64,000 nt of DNA from Camelus dromedarius (lineage: Eukaryota). The number at the start of each line of letters is the position of its first letter. Positions within the stretch are counted from its first letter, which is position 1. Positions 39,501 through 53,792 of the stretch are shown here, piece after piece. The translations under genes were made by a program, and so were the position numbers. The DNA lies in contig NC_087436.1 of NCBI RefSeq assembly GCF_036321535.1, positions 78,370,001 through 78,434,000 on the forward strand, read 5' to 3'. The notes under the pieces are model-generated. The model saw only the letters and a list, made by a program, of their open reading frames with translations, ran no database searches and had not been told where the DNA came from.

Positions 39501-40356
39501 CCTTTGTCAAATCCAGAGGTCAGCACATACAAGAACTGTAAAAAGCATTCATTTGTTAATAGAGAGACCCTAGAGAAAGGTTTTTCAAATCGCCTAGTTT
39601 TAAATGCAAGGAAGCAGAACTAGAAAAGTTTGTATTACTTCATCAAGTCACATTGTATTCGAGACACTCCAGGCAAATAGCAGCATTCTACAAATGCTTG
39701 TTTGACTCCATGAATCGAAGATGGATGGTTGGATGGATGGCGATGAATAGCTGGGTCCAGATTTCCTGATTCTCATTCAGGAATTCTAGCTGGTACAGCA
39801 AACTCACTGTGAGTTTAGGAAAGAAAATGGGAAGAAAAGGTGTAAATTAATTTGACTATATCAGCTCAGTGCGTCTCAGACTATTTTTTAATCAAGTATT
39901 TTTCACAGTAAAGAGATCATCAAAAACATAAAGTTTCTTTGAAATCTCTGGTTTTACCTTTTGTATTCTATGGCCTATGAAATATTCAGATTTGTTATAT
40001 TATAAAAAGACCTACTCCCATGAATGAAAATAATGCTCCAAGTATGCAATCTTTATCCCAAACCCAGTGCCATAACACCAGACACCCACCAGCGGCAAAA
40101 TCGAGAAATGTGGCAGCTGGGTGCCCTCTAAGCTACACTAAAAAGAGACGAGAAGGAAAATTAATACGCAATGAGTACCCACAAACGTCTCAGGCACTGT
40201 GTTGCTGTGACAGACTGTGGGCTCTGGGGACAGACTACCTCCATCCCACTTCTGATATTTAATAGCTGTGAGACTTCAGACAAGTGTCTTCTCTGTGCTT
40301 CAGTTTCCTCATCTGCAAAACAGGCATAAGAATAAAGGTAGCTACTGCATGCAACC

Positions 40357-40951
40357 TGTATTCTTCTTCTATTGTTGTCACAACTTAGCATCTTAAAAAA
40401 CACCCATTCATTATCTTGCAGCTCTGTGGGTTAGAAGTTTAGCGGGCTCAACTGGGTTCCCTGCTTAGAATCCCACAAGGCTGAAACCAAGATACAGCCA
40501 GCTGGGCTCTCATCTGGAGGCTTTGAGAAGAATGCAATTCCAAACACAGGTTATTGACAGAATCCAGTTCCTTGCAGCTATAGGTCTGAAGCCCTTGTTT
40601 CCTTATCAGTTGTCAGCAGGGAGCCCGACCTTTGCTTGGAGAGGCTGCCCAGGCTCCTCATATGACCTCTTCCATTTTCTAAGGAACAGTTGCCTTGAGT
40701 CCTTCTCATGCTTCAAATCTCCCTGACTTCTATTTTTGCCAATAGCCAGAGAAAACTTTTGCTTTAAAGGGGCTCATGTGGTTACATGACTATAATATCC
40801 AAGCCCACTTAGATAGTCTTCCTATCTTAAGGACAACTATTAGTCACCTTAATCACATCTTCAAAGTCTCTTTTGCCACATTATGTAACATAATCACAGA
40901 AGTAACACCAGGTGTGAAAGCTATAGAGCTATCTAGAATCCAGCTTACCAT
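40357..40951 (-). mobile_element. MaLR solo LTR (MLT1E/F-like) inserted within a MIR (40245-41060)
   Basis: MLT1 motifs CTCATCTGGAGGCT, TTGACAGAATCCAGTTCCTTGCAGCT and TAATCACATCTTCAAAGTC. MIR halves lie on both sides. Confidence 0.8.
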
Positions 40952-41725
40952 GTGATTATTCAGAGGAATACATACATGTATGCATTTTAAATACTTAGAA
41001 CAGTGTCTTATTTTGTGCTACTTATAGTAAGAACTCAGTACAGGTTAGCTGTTATTTTTTTCAGCTCGTGGCACTTCATTTGACTATCATTACAACTATG
41101 TATTATTTTAAAGGTAAGAAATCGAGAATTTAAAAGACTGTCCAATCCCACACAGCAGGTTAGTGGCAAAGCCAGGAACCAAAGCTAGGACAGCCACCAA
41201 TCAAGTCTGTGTTTTTGCTACTACACAGTACTGCATCACAAAAAGCTGGCAACGAACAGGTAATGTTCATCTGGGGGAGTGGAACTTAAGAAGTATGGAA
41301 TATGAGGAGCAGAAAGAAAATTTACAGTCACTTGCCATATGAGTAATTTATGATTTAGGTGCAAGGAAGGCTCTCCTAAACACTGACTGAAATAAGAAAG
41401 TTTCTAACTGCACTGGTGATTTGTAGCGAGCAGAGGCATTTTCTTGTGACGCTATTCATTCAAAGGGGCTACACATTCACTTGCCATCTAGACTCATTCC
41501 TCTGATGAGCTAGCTCTTCCCCTTTTTGCTGCCTCCCCTCTGCTATCTTGCATCCTACAGTGTCAAGAGAAAATACACATTTCTGAAGGGCAACCACCCA
41601 CTGACTCTGCCTTGACAGCAAAAAAAGCATTGCCCAGAGCTTCCCCGGGGCCTGAATCACCCCTACACCTATCTCCTGCTATCTACCTTGCTGGTAGAGC
41701 AACAACAGAGACCCAGGATGCATGC

Positions 41726-41752
41726 ATGGATGGATGGATGGATGGATGGATG

Positions 41753-41800
<48 letters not shown>
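41726..41800. repeat. Compound (GGAT)n(AGAT)n tetranucleotide microsatellite
   Basis: Directly visible in the sequence. Confidence 0.97.
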
Positions 41801-41801
<1 letters not shown>

Positions 41802-43174
41802 GTAATCTTGTCATCTCCGGTCCTGCCCCATTTAGGACCTTGACCACAGTATTGTTCACTGGGATTATTTGTACTCTTTGACCCAGTATATTTCTAGACT
41901 TTATCCTAAGAAAATAATCAGAGAATCACTCAGAGTATAACATTTAAAACTGTTGCACATCCGTAGGGGCAAGGGAGTGTCTTTTTTACTGACAAAGTAG
42001 CCACTGTGGTTAAAAGAACTGGACTGGAGTCAGGCTGCCTGGGACTGAATTCTGGCTCTCCCAAGTACCAACTTAGTGTTTTAGGCAAGTAACTTCAATT
42101 ATGTAAGCCTCTATTTTATTATCTAGAAAATAAGAAAACAGATAATAATACCTACCTCATAAGGATTTAATTAATACTATTATACTAACTTATTAGAATG
42201 AGTATTATACTAATACATATTTATATAATTAACATACTAATATTTAATAAGGTTCCTGGTCCATAGTTAGTAATGGTAATAAATGTTAGCTATTAGGAGG
42301 GTTATGATTAATGTTGTATTCTCAACTACTGGCCCAGAGCCTGGCACACAGTCCTCAGTAAAAACTGATTGAATAAATGAATGGATGGACAAACAAATGA
42401 GCAAAGATACTTGCTGAAGCATTAAAAAGGCAAAATTTGGAAACCACCTAAAGTCTAATAACAGGAGATTGGATTGATAAATGATGATTCATAAATATAG
42501 TCAGTAGTAACTATGTCTTTAAAGAATATTTAACTCACCTAGAAAATCTCCTTTATGTAATGTCGGTGGGGGACAGCATACAGTACCTGTACTATATGTA
42601 AAATGTTTACATGTCTACGTAAGAAGACAATGAAAGGAAATATACCAAAAGGCAATAATAGTTTTCTCTGGGTGATGGAATAATGGATTTTTTTATTTTC
42701 TTCTTTACATATTCCTGAGTTTTTCTATTCTTTGCAGTGAACCTGAGCACAACACCAATTCTAATACTTCTTTTTAAGAGCTTGGACATTAAAAAAAAAG
42801 TTATCAAGTTAATCTTAATTGATTTAAGATCTTATCTTTTAATAAAACATTTAGAATAGATCAATTAACACAATTAAATCTACTGCACTGATACTCTCCT
42901 TAAGGAATCTCTGTTTTTGAAGAGGCTGTAATAAATATCATACAAAATTAAGTTTTAAAGATACTCACCTGTACTATAAGAGCTAACAGTCTAGTAATCA
43001 ACAATGACCCTGGGGATCGCAAAGCCATAAGAAGCAATATATTCTATTTTTATAATTTACCTATTTTCTGTTCTCATTTATTTTAGAAATTAATGTAGAA
43101 GTTGAAGAATAAGTTCTAGAAATGATCATTTTCCCAGAAAGAGTAATAATGTATGCCTGCCAAGCCACAGAGAA

Positions 43175-43790
43175 CCCTACTGTCTCCATCAATGGTTGAA
43201 TGGATGATTTATTTATATATAAATAAAGTATTATTTAGCCATAAAAAGAATAAAATTGTGCCATTTGAGACAATATGGATGGATCTTGAGGGCATTATGC
43301 TAAGTGAAATAAGTCAGACAGAGAAAGACAAATACCATATGACCTCACTTATATGTGGAATCTTAAAAAAAAAATTAAACAAAAAAAAAGCTCAGAGAGA
43401 ACAGATTGAGGCAGGGATTGGGGCTGGGGTGTGGGGCTGAAATGGGTGAAGAGACTCAAAAGCTGCAAACTTCCAGCTATAAAGTAAATAAGTCATGACA
43501 ATGTGATGTACAGCATGGCAACTCTAGTTACTAATACTGTATTGCATATTTGAAAGTTGCTAAGAGAGTAAATCTTAAAATTTCTTATCACCAGAAAAAA
43601 TGCAACTATGTATGGTAACAGATGTTAACTAGACTTACTGTGGTGATCATTTATATATATATATATATATATAAATGATATATATATATATATAGATATA
43701 TATATAGATATATATCTATCTCAAACCATTATGTTGTACATCTGAAACTAATATAATATTGTATGTCAATTATACCTCATTAAAAAAATG
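43175..43790 (+). mobile_element. L1 3' end (L1MA9-like) with an internal (TA)n tract
   Basis: Translates to the ORF2 C-terminal motif IWMDLEGIMLSEISQTEKDKYHM. The 3' UTR contains TTGAAAGTTGCTAAGAGAGTAAATCTTAAAA. Confidence 0.92.
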
Positions 43791-44968
43791 GTAAGGATAG
43801 AGAATACTAGTTTCATTTACCTTGCTTCCACTGAGAGCCAGTGTTGCAGTTACTGTAAATACTGTACTTCAGTCTGGTCAGAAAATAGAGCAGTCTGATT
43901 AATCAACTATTCCAACCAATTATCACCTATGCATCACGTGAATTACCACTTTTCAAAAAAATTAGGCTGTCATAAATTGCAGTTAATACTGAAACTCCAT
44001 TGAAGGTTTCATAATTCTTTGATGATTCAGAAGGCACTTCAGTGTCTCTTGGCCCGTCAGGTTCACCAGCATAAAAATCATTTATCCTGGTAGGACAGAT
44101 GAGGGGAGATGCTGGCTAATAGGAATTTTCAGTTGAGAGAAATGCAAGCAAGCCAGGTTTTCCTGTGTTTACAAGGCTGAATGGATGTCTATTGAGCTCT
44201 TTAAGCACCTCCTGAGAAAGGCGCTCTATTTGGCTGAGATGGTATAATTATTATTCCACAGGAATACAATAGTAACATTCTATTTTACAACAAAGAAAAT
44301 TAGATTACAAGTTATCCGACAGCCCTCCCATCCTCCCAGCTAAGATCACACACCGTACAGAGTTACAATGGTGCCAATTACAACATCTTTTCATGCACTG
44401 TATGTTCCTTTGGCTTTTGATGATCTGAATGGATTTCATACCAAATAGCAGCTACTGGCAGCAATCAAAACAATTTGGGGGAAAACAGTTCCATCTTCTG
44501 TGCTCAAGTAATACTACTGATTTAAATTTAATAACTGCCTCACTTCTTTCTTGGTACAACAAGTGAGCACATGGCTGGACCTCCATTCTTCCTTAACCAG
44601 AAGGTAGGTGGGAAAGCCTAGTATATACTAAGCCTTCTCCATCACTAGTTGCTAGAAGGTCATTTCCATTAAAAGAGAATGTTTTTAAGAATTTAGTCCA
44701 ATCCACCACTTCTCCCTCCCCTGACCCTACTTTACAGAATCATAGGCACAGAGAGGTTAAGGTTTTTGCCCAAGTTTACACAGCTAGTATATTGACAGAG
44801 GGGAACCCATATTCTAAATCTCCTGGTAGCCCATGCTCTTTCCATTGAGTCATTTCTTCAGTGCCCCTTCACATCTTCACTAAATCATGCCAAGGCTGAG
44901 ATTTTGCCCCCCAAAATAGCACTTCTATTGAGCTAGGTGCAAAACAAAAGAAAAAATGAGGAAAGAGG

Positions 44969-44977
44969 GAGAGCGAG

Positions 44978-45016
<39 letters not shown>
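44969..45016. repeat. (GA)n microsatellite, imperfect
   Basis: Directly visible in the sequence. Confidence 0.95.
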
Positions 45017-45020
<4 letters not shown>

Positions 45021-46619
45021 AGGAGGTGGAGGGAGGGAGAAGGGCCCAGCATCATGTCCTTTAGGTTCCACTCCCACATCCCAGCCAAGCTTACTCCTTT
45101 GATGCAGGAATTTGGGGTTTCAGTCCTGGTACAGGGACATGTCAAGGTTTATTTATTTGAAAGCTATAATGATGCTCCCTGGAAGAATCTTTGCAAGATA
45201 TTTGAAACTGATGGCTAGAGACTCTTCAATAGACAAAGAGACACACCTGATCCTCCCAGCCTTGTTCTGGCTGTCTGGGCTGGAAAGGAGACGTTGTCTA
45301 ATGTGGGAAAGATTCAATGTTTAAGTAATATAATTGGCTGATGGTCAGCACAAAAGGAAATTGGGCTATTTAAGGGGTTAAGTCATTCAGTGTGATATTA
45401 ATAATCTTCCAACCCAGTGCTGGAGGGAACTTGTATTTTGACTCATGAGAGAGGTGCAGTCTGAAGAAATTGAATCAATAAATGGGAAAGTGGAAATATT
45501 ACAGGTATAATAAGAGACTAAGTTACTCCTCCCAGTTTGGGGCTTAAATAAGTGTCATTATGCTTGTGGGAAAGGGCCTAGTTCATCCTGGTGATGGTGA
45601 GAGTGCCTAGGTGACCACAATGACAATGAGAGGACTGATACCGCATAACAACAACAAAACCCATTGTGGCATCAAGGCTATGCCACACCCTTAGAAACCA
45701 TGGCTCAAAGATGAAGAGCCAGAGTTCATTTTCACTTGGGAAGGAAGTGGGGCATCATATGAAACCCCTGGGGCCAAGTGCACCAATGGCCAGTAGCAAG
45801 TAGGAGCATAGCCAACACTAGGCAAAGGAACACCAGGGCCAGGACCGTGGTACCACTCAGGAGCAATGGTGGCCACACAGGCCACAAACAGTGAAGCAGG
45901 CAGAGGAAGTTGGCACTAAAAAGCAGACTGCTACAGGGATAGAGCTGAACACGTGGCAGCCTGACTCCCCGGTGGGAAGGGATCCCATGGGAACCAGAAA
46001 CTAAACACCATTCTTGTTTGCATTTCATTGCTTCAAATCCCTCCATTGACTGGTCCATCATAATTGGTGTGGCCTGTGTCCTTAAAAGTCCACAGGAAAG
46101 ACAGCGGCGACAGTGAATGGACAGGCTCTTGGCTCTGGCCAAAAGCACACCATCCCCCTAAAGGTTTGTTCAGTTCTAACTATCCACAGAGGCCCAGATC
46201 CACTCTGCACTAGACAGTCAGTGAGAGTAAGGAGTTCTGGACAAGATCACCCTTAGGGCTCCATCGGTCTCACAATTAAAAAAAAAAGAGACTCAAATTC
46301 AGACCAAATCTAAATACTTGGGGGTTGAAAGGAGGAGAAAGCAAGGCAAGTCCTGCACCAGCCTGCAGGGAAGGAAAGGACAGTTCCCATCCAACCGTAC
46401 CCCTCCGTGAGTTTTATAACAGCCATGTACTTAGACCGAAGCTTTTTTTTAAAATAATATTTCTATTTCCTCTGTTCCTTCCCCTGTCAGCCCTGACCTT
46501 CCAATTTTCCCCGGGCAGAGGTGTGTCTCAGACAACATCTTCCACAGCCAAACAGCACAAGTCAGGATGTGGAATCCACACTCCCAATCTTCCCCATCGT
46601 TCATTTCTATGGTAATGAC

Positions 46620-46860
46620 AGTAACAACAGCCAACAATAGGTGCAGTGTGGGAGGCACTGGGCTGAGCACTTCACACATATTATTATGCACAATCACATG
46701 TGATCATTTCATCAACTCCTCCGGGTAACACTATCATAATCCCTACTTTACAACTGAGGAAAATACAGCGCAGAGATGTTTATTACCTTCCCAAGGTCAC
46801 GTAGCTAGAAAAAGATGGAGCCTGGCCAGGCATCCAGGCAGTCCTCCAGTGCCCAGGTCC
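46620..46860 (-). mobile_element. MIR SINE
   Basis: CCCTACTTTACAACTGAGGAAAATACAGCGCAGAGATG...CCCAAGGTCACGTAGCTAG. Confidence 0.75.
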
Positions 46861-48577
46861 TTCCCCTACATCCCATCACGATTAGACCAGAAGAGCAGCA
46901 AGGGAGGCTCTTTTAGCCTCCCCTCTGGAGGGAGAACCGAATGTGGAATGTAGAATGTGTTTAAAGAGAAAGCAGTTTTAAAATATATACTGTCTAATGC
47001 AAAACAATGCAAATTTTGCTGACTAAGTAAAAATTAGCAGAACTGAAGAATTTTGACCCCTATGCCCTGAAGCCTTTACAAGACAATATTCCAAGTTCAC
47101 TTTCCATCAGTCACTCCCTGCCCAACACTTGCTTGCTGAGTAATGCTAGGAGAGTCCTAATAGTGCTCCCACCCAACTTTCATGTAAAGAACTTTCCAAA
47201 TCTCCTGCTAAATTTCTCTAACTTAAATGAGATTTTAAGCGAAGAACTCTGCTTGATTGGCTTCCCTTTCTTTCATCACTTTCAGAGCTTAAGATCCCCG
47301 TATGTCAATTACTTTAAACAACACAAGGGTTCCAGGTGAAAGACACCCAACACCCAAATAACTTTAGTCCCACAATGAACTGTAGCTACTAGGGCAGGCC
47401 CATCAACAGTCACAAAATTTCCCCTAAAAGAAGGGGGAAAAATAAAGTTTCGTCACTCAGGAGAACAGCATTCAGATTTAGCCTGGAAAGAACTGTCAGA
47501 TGCCCAGAGTCTCATCTGTACCCACTGGGAATGCTTGCAGTTCAATCCCTACCACCTCACAGGTGTACCACAAGGTTTCACAGGTATATACACTAATTTC
47601 AAGGGTACAGTTCTGTAGGGGGTACATGGAAATCAGGAAAGAGGAAACCATTTGTTTAAATGTACCAGAGGAATCAGAAAACAAAATGAAATCAAATATA
47701 ACTGTAGAGAGGGCGACCCTAGTAACCTATCCCAAAAGACTAGGAAAAGACAAATGATCCAAACTAAAAGCCTTTGAAAAAAAAGGAAAAAGAAGGACGG
47801 AGAAACAGGCTCTTTGTGTTTGATTCTGGAAACATATATTATGCTCACACTGAGAGCTGGCGGGCAGATGGTTGAAGCTCTTACAAGGAATATTAAATCT
47901 ATTTGGAACCCTCTTGCCCTCCTGATACAACATAGCTCATGCCTAGAGGGCAAGACAATCAGCACACAAATGCCTACAAATCACTCAGATTCTGTCACTA
48001 ACTGGGAAATCCTCACTGCCTCCCTGAGCACAGGGAGCTTGAATGGTTTGGCCCAGGCCTCACGACAGATCAGACGGAGGGTCCAAAAAGAAGGCCGAGG
48101 TGCTCTCTCTCTCTTTCACACAGACACACACACACAGACACACACACACACACACACACCCCGGGTCCCTTTGTGTTCAGTGTGGTTTCTGCCATTAGAG
48201 CCAGATCGGAAATGAAACAGCACACGGGAAGCAGCCAGCATAGACCCTGTTCGCGGGGCTCACTGTGTTTTTGCCATCCCTACAGAGGAATAAGAACAGA
48301 TTATTAGATTGTAAAGGCCAGGAGAAACGAAGAGTCAACAGACTTTTACCTTGCCCAGTTGTCCTTCACTTTTTGTTTTTTCTGACGGGCAATCATTCCA
48401 CACTGCAGCGAGAGTCACACACATTCCACTGATTCCACCTGGAAACAGCCAGGACAGAGAAAAGCATTCCAAAATAATGGAAGACACCATCTCACTCTTT
48501 TTAACCTGATCATCGAAATTTCAGCAGCTTATGAATATTTGGACAGCAAGATGCTTTAGAGCCTGGTGGCTCAAAGT

Positions 48578-48720
48578 GCAGTTCTCAAACCAATTCTTCT
48601 GGCATCACTGGGGAGCTGGTTAGAAATGCAGAGTCCCAGGCCCCGCCCAGGCCTGCTGAATCAGAGTCTGCCTGTTAACCAGCTCCCAGGGGACCTGTCT
48701 GCTCAGGAAAGCACTGCCCC
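48578..48720. mobile_element. MER5A-like DNA transposon
   Basis: GGAGCTGGTTAGAAATGCAGAGTCCCAGGCCCCGCCCAG...CTGAATCAGAGTCTGC. Confidence 0.8.
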
Positions 48721-49962
48721 AGAGCAATCATCTCCACTTCGCGGTGTGTGCACTCAGGGCACGGACAAAATGATCTGTCGGGATGTACAAAGAAATTTTA
48801 CAATTTTCTATTTTTAAAATTTCATTTCTACTTTTGCTTATTTTTATTTTTGCTTATGATGATCTCCATAAAGAAATTCAGCTTCTCTACTTTTTGACAT
48901 TTAACTTGACAGGGATACATAAATAAATATACATATATTGGGAAGTGTGAACTCAACGTTTTTTTTAATTGATGGGGCTTTTCACTTAAAAATTAGGATG
49001 ACACATTCAGCTAAGCTCCGGTACAAGAGAGACATCTCTGTCTCGTGTTCACTAGCTGTCCCCTTTCTCCTCCCAGTTACCTTATTTAAAAGAATGGTAC
49101 ACAGCAGGAGCCTTCTCTTGAAGCACCTCCCACGATTTGTCCAGCCGCGCCTTGCCCAGCACGCATCTCAGCTAGCAGGTGAGAGGACCAGAACAGATGC
49201 ACCACGCTGCCCCCCCACCGTGAGTGTTCCATAAACCTTACCTTACACCTACACCACGTGACTCTAAGTGTGTTCGAGTCTTTTGCAAGACCCACTTAGA
49301 AACAGATACTCTTCTTCCCATAAAATAATGAACTCATTTCCTTTGCAGTAAGTGCCACGTAAGAAAAGTACAGGAGGGTCAAGAAAAACAGTCATAGTCT
49401 GGAGGGCCAGGGAAACCTCCTTGAGGAAGTGACATTTGATTGAGAACCTAAAGGATGAACACTACTGAGGAGCATCCAGGCAGGAGGAATAAGTGCAAAC
49501 AGCCTATGGAGGAAGGAATTTGAAACAGGTGAGATTCTAAATAACGGCTCGTGTGGCTGGGTGGGCCAGAGAGAGGGCAGCAGGGGCGAAGAGAGAGGGG
49601 AAGACGGGGGCTAGCGGTTTGGGGCCAGGGCTCTTGAGCCTAGGGTGACATCCCATTAGGGCTCATCCTGAGGCAAGGATTAGGGTGCAAAAGGCTTATT
49701 CGGGAAGTCATCCAGGAAGCTTGAAGACATGGTAGCCAGGCAAGTCAGTAAGAGAGTCAGTAATGAGTGCTGTGGGCAATCTGGACTCTATCCTGAAGGG
49801 CATCCTCTGGGAGGTGACATGAAACGTGCCTCAGAATGTTCCCATCAAGGGGCAGGGACTCTGGACACGTATCCACTGACTCTCACCCCTCCTTGTTGGA
49901 GAGATTAAATAGAACTTAAAATTTCAAGAATGTAATATGTGTATTGCCTGTAACAACATACC

Positions 49963-51137
49963 TGTAGGAGTTCTCTAAGGCTGCTATAACAAATCAACAC
50001 AAGTTGAGTGGCTTAAAACAATACAAATTTCTTGTCTTATAGTTCTGGAGGTGAAAGTCTAGAATGACTGGCAGGGCCATGATCCTTCTGGAGGCTTTAG
50101 GGGACAAGCTGTTTCCTTGCCTTTTCCAGCTTCTAGAGGCTGCTTCCCGAGGCTTACAGTCCTGAGTCACTCTAACTTCAGCTTCCATCATAAAATCTTC
50201 CTCTCTGATTCCTTAAAAAACTGAAAATAAAGTTACCATATCATCCAGCAGTCCCACCCCTGGGCATACATTCAGAGGGAACTCTAATTTGAAAACACAC
50301 ATGCACTTCAATGTTCATAACAGCACTCTACACAATAGCCAAGACATGGAAACAACCTAAATGTCCATCAACAGATGACTGGATAAAGAAGTTGTGGTAT
50401 ATTTATACAATGGAATACTATTCATCCATTAAAAAAGAATAAAATAATGCCATTTGCTGCAACATAGATGGACCTGGAGATCATCATTCTAAGTGAAGTA
50501 AGCCAGAAAGAGAAAGAAAAATACCATATCACTTACATGTGGAATCTAAAAAAAAGACACAAATGAACATATGTACAAAACAAAAACAGACTCACAGACA
50601 GAAAACAAATTTATAGTTACCGAGGGGAAGGGGGTGGGAAGGGATAAATTGGGAAATCGGGATTTACAGATACAAATATATAGTAGTGACTATATATAAA
50701 ATAGATAAATAACAAGGTCCTATTGTATAGCACAGGGAACTATATTCAACATCTTGTAAGAATATGAAAAGGAATATATATATGTGTGTGTGTATGTGTA
50801 TGTGTGTATGTGTGTATAATTCAATCACTATGCTGTACACCAGATATTAACACAACATTATACATCAACCATACCTCAATAAAAAAAAAACTTTATCATT
50901 AATAAAATGGGGGAAAAAATCTTCCTCTCTGACTCTGACCTTCCTACCACCCTCTTATAAAGACCCTTGTGATTACATTGGGCCAACCTGAATAATCCAG
51001 GATAATCTCTCCATTTTAAAATCCTTAACTGAATCACATCAGCGAAGTCCCTTTTGCCATGTGAGGAAACACATTCACAAGTTTCAGGGATTAGGACAGC
51101 ATGGACACCTTTGGGTGGGGGGATTCTGTCTACCACA
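49963..51137 (-). mobile_element. MaLR solo LTR (MLT1C-like) split by an L1 insertion
   Basis: GGCTGCTATAACAAAT...AGTTCTGGAGG in the left half. GGGATTAGGAC...TCTGTCTACCACA in the right half. Confidence 0.88.
50209..50915 (+). mobile_element. Young 5'-truncated L1 (artiodactyl/camelid type)
   Basis: ORF2 C-terminal sequence and 3' UTR, then AATAAA and poly(A). Perfect 17-bp TSD AAAATCTTCCTCTCTGA at 50192-50208 and 50916-50932. Confidence 0.92.
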
Positions 51138-53633
51138 ATGTCCTTGATTCTAAGGCATATTTAATTGTTAACGTGTGTATCAATTTAGGGACAGCTGTGA
51201 TGGGTGATAGTCACCACCTAATTAAATGTATATTTTTAGTATGTATCCTGATTTCAGAAACATGAAAATACGAAAAAGTGCACATCCAGACTAGGGCATC
51301 TATGATAAGGTAACAAGCAGAGCAGAGTTGCATTTTTATAGAGGCTCAGATTCCACAGGCAGAATTTAAGGTGAGAAATGAATACATTAATTTGATAAAT
51401 ATTTTTTAAATTTCTACCAGGTACTAGGTGCTAAGGGTACAGCAGTAAGACACAGTCCCTGCCCTCACAGAGCTTATGTTCTGGTAGAAGAGGCAGAGGA
51501 TAAGCAGTTCCCAGGGAGTGATGAGTGCCGTGAAGCAGAAAGCAGTGAGGGGGCTGAGGATACTGCAGGGCAGGGATGGGGAACTCCAGTTCGGATGGAG
51601 CAGGTCAGGGAAAGCATGGAAGCAGGTAATGTCTAAGCAGAAACCTCAGTGAAGGCAAAAAGGAGGATTTTAGTCAAAGGGCAGTCCAAGACAGAAAGAA
51701 GCTTGACACTGGACCATTCGTCCGTTCCACAGAAGAAACATTTTCCATTTTTTTTCCTGTTTTTCTGTGGGAGGTGTAGTAGAACAAGAAGGGGAACAAA
51801 GGTGGATGTGAGAAAATTATTTGCTGTTAAACTTAATAGCAGAAACTCCCATTTTGTCCTTGATCTAAACTTGTTTTAGGTGCCTCACCTGCAAGCAGCA
51901 CAGAGACCGGCCCAAAGGAAACAGAGTGCCCTCCTCTCCCTACTTTCTGTTCCCGTCACAGTTGGTCTAGTTATTTCAAAAATTCAATGGGACATTTCTT
52001 TCTCTTTTTTTCTTCAAATACATACTTGCAACACCCCAATACTTCCACCATGTCCATCCTAATACACCCGACTCCTACACTCCTGAAGCCTTGTCCTTCA
52101 ATCAGACAGTCAAAGCTCTGATGAGCATGTGAGCCTGTCCCAGGGAAAACAAGACACAGGCCCTTCCCCAGACCAAAGATGAGCTGTCCAAGTCTTGTCC
52201 CTACTGTGGGTCGGGGTCATGAACAATGTCTGCTGGATTAAAACCCTATCAAAGGGAATAAGCGTAAGTCTTAGTCCTGCTAGAGAAAAAGGGAAAAGCC
52301 ATCTGGAAAGTCCCCAGCATCACTGTGACAGCTACAAATTGCCAATTATTAATGGCTCCCCATCTAACAGACAGACAGCAACAGAGACTAGATTTGTTAA
52401 GAAACTGCCGGCGAGGACCAGTTCCCTAAACAAAAGGGCAAACACACAGCCACAAAGACACCCCCCCCCCCAGCAGTTCAAAGGCTCAAAATCTTATAGC
52501 TTGAGAGGAAAATCTGGAGGTGACTCATTAGCGGTGGGAGGCTGAGGCCTCAAGCTGCTGCTTATGACTAAATCATATAACAGAACACCTTCTTGTTAAC
52601 CTTGAATGACACAGCTCAACAATGTTTCCTGACATTAAATTTGCATTTGCAATCAAGGTAGATACAATTAATATAAACACTATTCAGAGTTTAGTAGGAA
52701 ATGGAAATACGATTTTTTGGAGGCCCCTTGGGTTTTTCATGAAAGTGTTTTAAAAATTGCCCGCCCACATGCCTGTAAACCTGAAGGTTATTTTACAGAT
52801 CATCACAACGACAAAAATACATGGTCTGGCAGCTCAACTGCCAGGGAGGTTTAACTTAAACCTCTAGCTTTCAGAAGTAAATTCATATGATTCCATTATT
52901 GTTAGAGCAGTCACTTTCAAGTCATATTAGCCCATATATAAAGTATCTTGACCCACATCCTACAAGAAATAAGGGAGGGGCCTGGAAATTTATAATTGTA
53001 TTTGACCTGAATGTAAAACTATAAACAAGAAACCAAGAAGTTTTCAAAAACAACCTGGACTAAGTTGAACACTTTCCAAGCCATAAATCATAGGTTTGTT
53101 GGACACCCTTACAGGTTAAATGATGCAAACAATTCGAGTGCAAGCCGGTGCGATGCCCACTGAAATGAAATGTGAACCAATACCTACAGGGAGATGTGCA
53201 GCCTGATCCATGAAGATTTAACCATAAGTCACTCATTAGTGTTAATGGAGCATGGCTCTCAAATTCCAGATGACACCTTGGAATTTTACTGCCCATAAAA
53301 AAGGTAGATTAAGGCAGCAGCACCAGCCGTGATCTGGGAAAATTGAAGGTAAATAAAGTGTTTTCATGTATTAGAGTTGGAGGGAACTACAGGCTCACTC
53401 TCTACTTTTACCAAACTGTCAACACAGAGTATTTTATATAGAAACTCATCCGGCATCCATCATCCAAACTCCCTTCTACCATCATCCAATCTCCCTTCTA
53501 CCATGGCTATTCTGTCCCCTCTGTGTGCAACTAAACTGCCCGAACAGACACGGAGGGCAGCAATTCTGTTACACTTCCGGCTCTCCCAAAATTTAGCTTA
53601 GTCTTTTGGCCATAGATCCTCAGGAAATAATCC

Positions 53634-53792
53634 TTTTCTTTTTAAAATCTTTTATTGAAGTGCAGTTGATTTACAGTGTTAGTTTCAGGTGCACAGCAAA
53701 GTGATTCAGTTATACATACACTTTTTTTTTTGTTTCAGATTCTTTTCCATTTTGTGTTATTACAAAAAAAAAACTGAATATAGTTCCCTGTG
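53634..53792 (-). mobile_element. Short artiodactyl-type L1 3' end
   Basis: TTTTATTGAAGTGCAGTTGATTTACAGTGTTAGTTTCAGGTGCACAGCAAAGTGATTCAGTT...AATATAGTTCCCTGTG. Confidence 0.88.

Noticed and set aside
43153..43440. 95-aa ORF with protein-like sequence
   Set aside because: It is the C-terminus of L1 ORF2 in a truncated L1, not a host gene.
44933..45218. ORFs with RE/SL dipeptide repeats
   Set aside because: These are translations of a (GA)n microsatellite.
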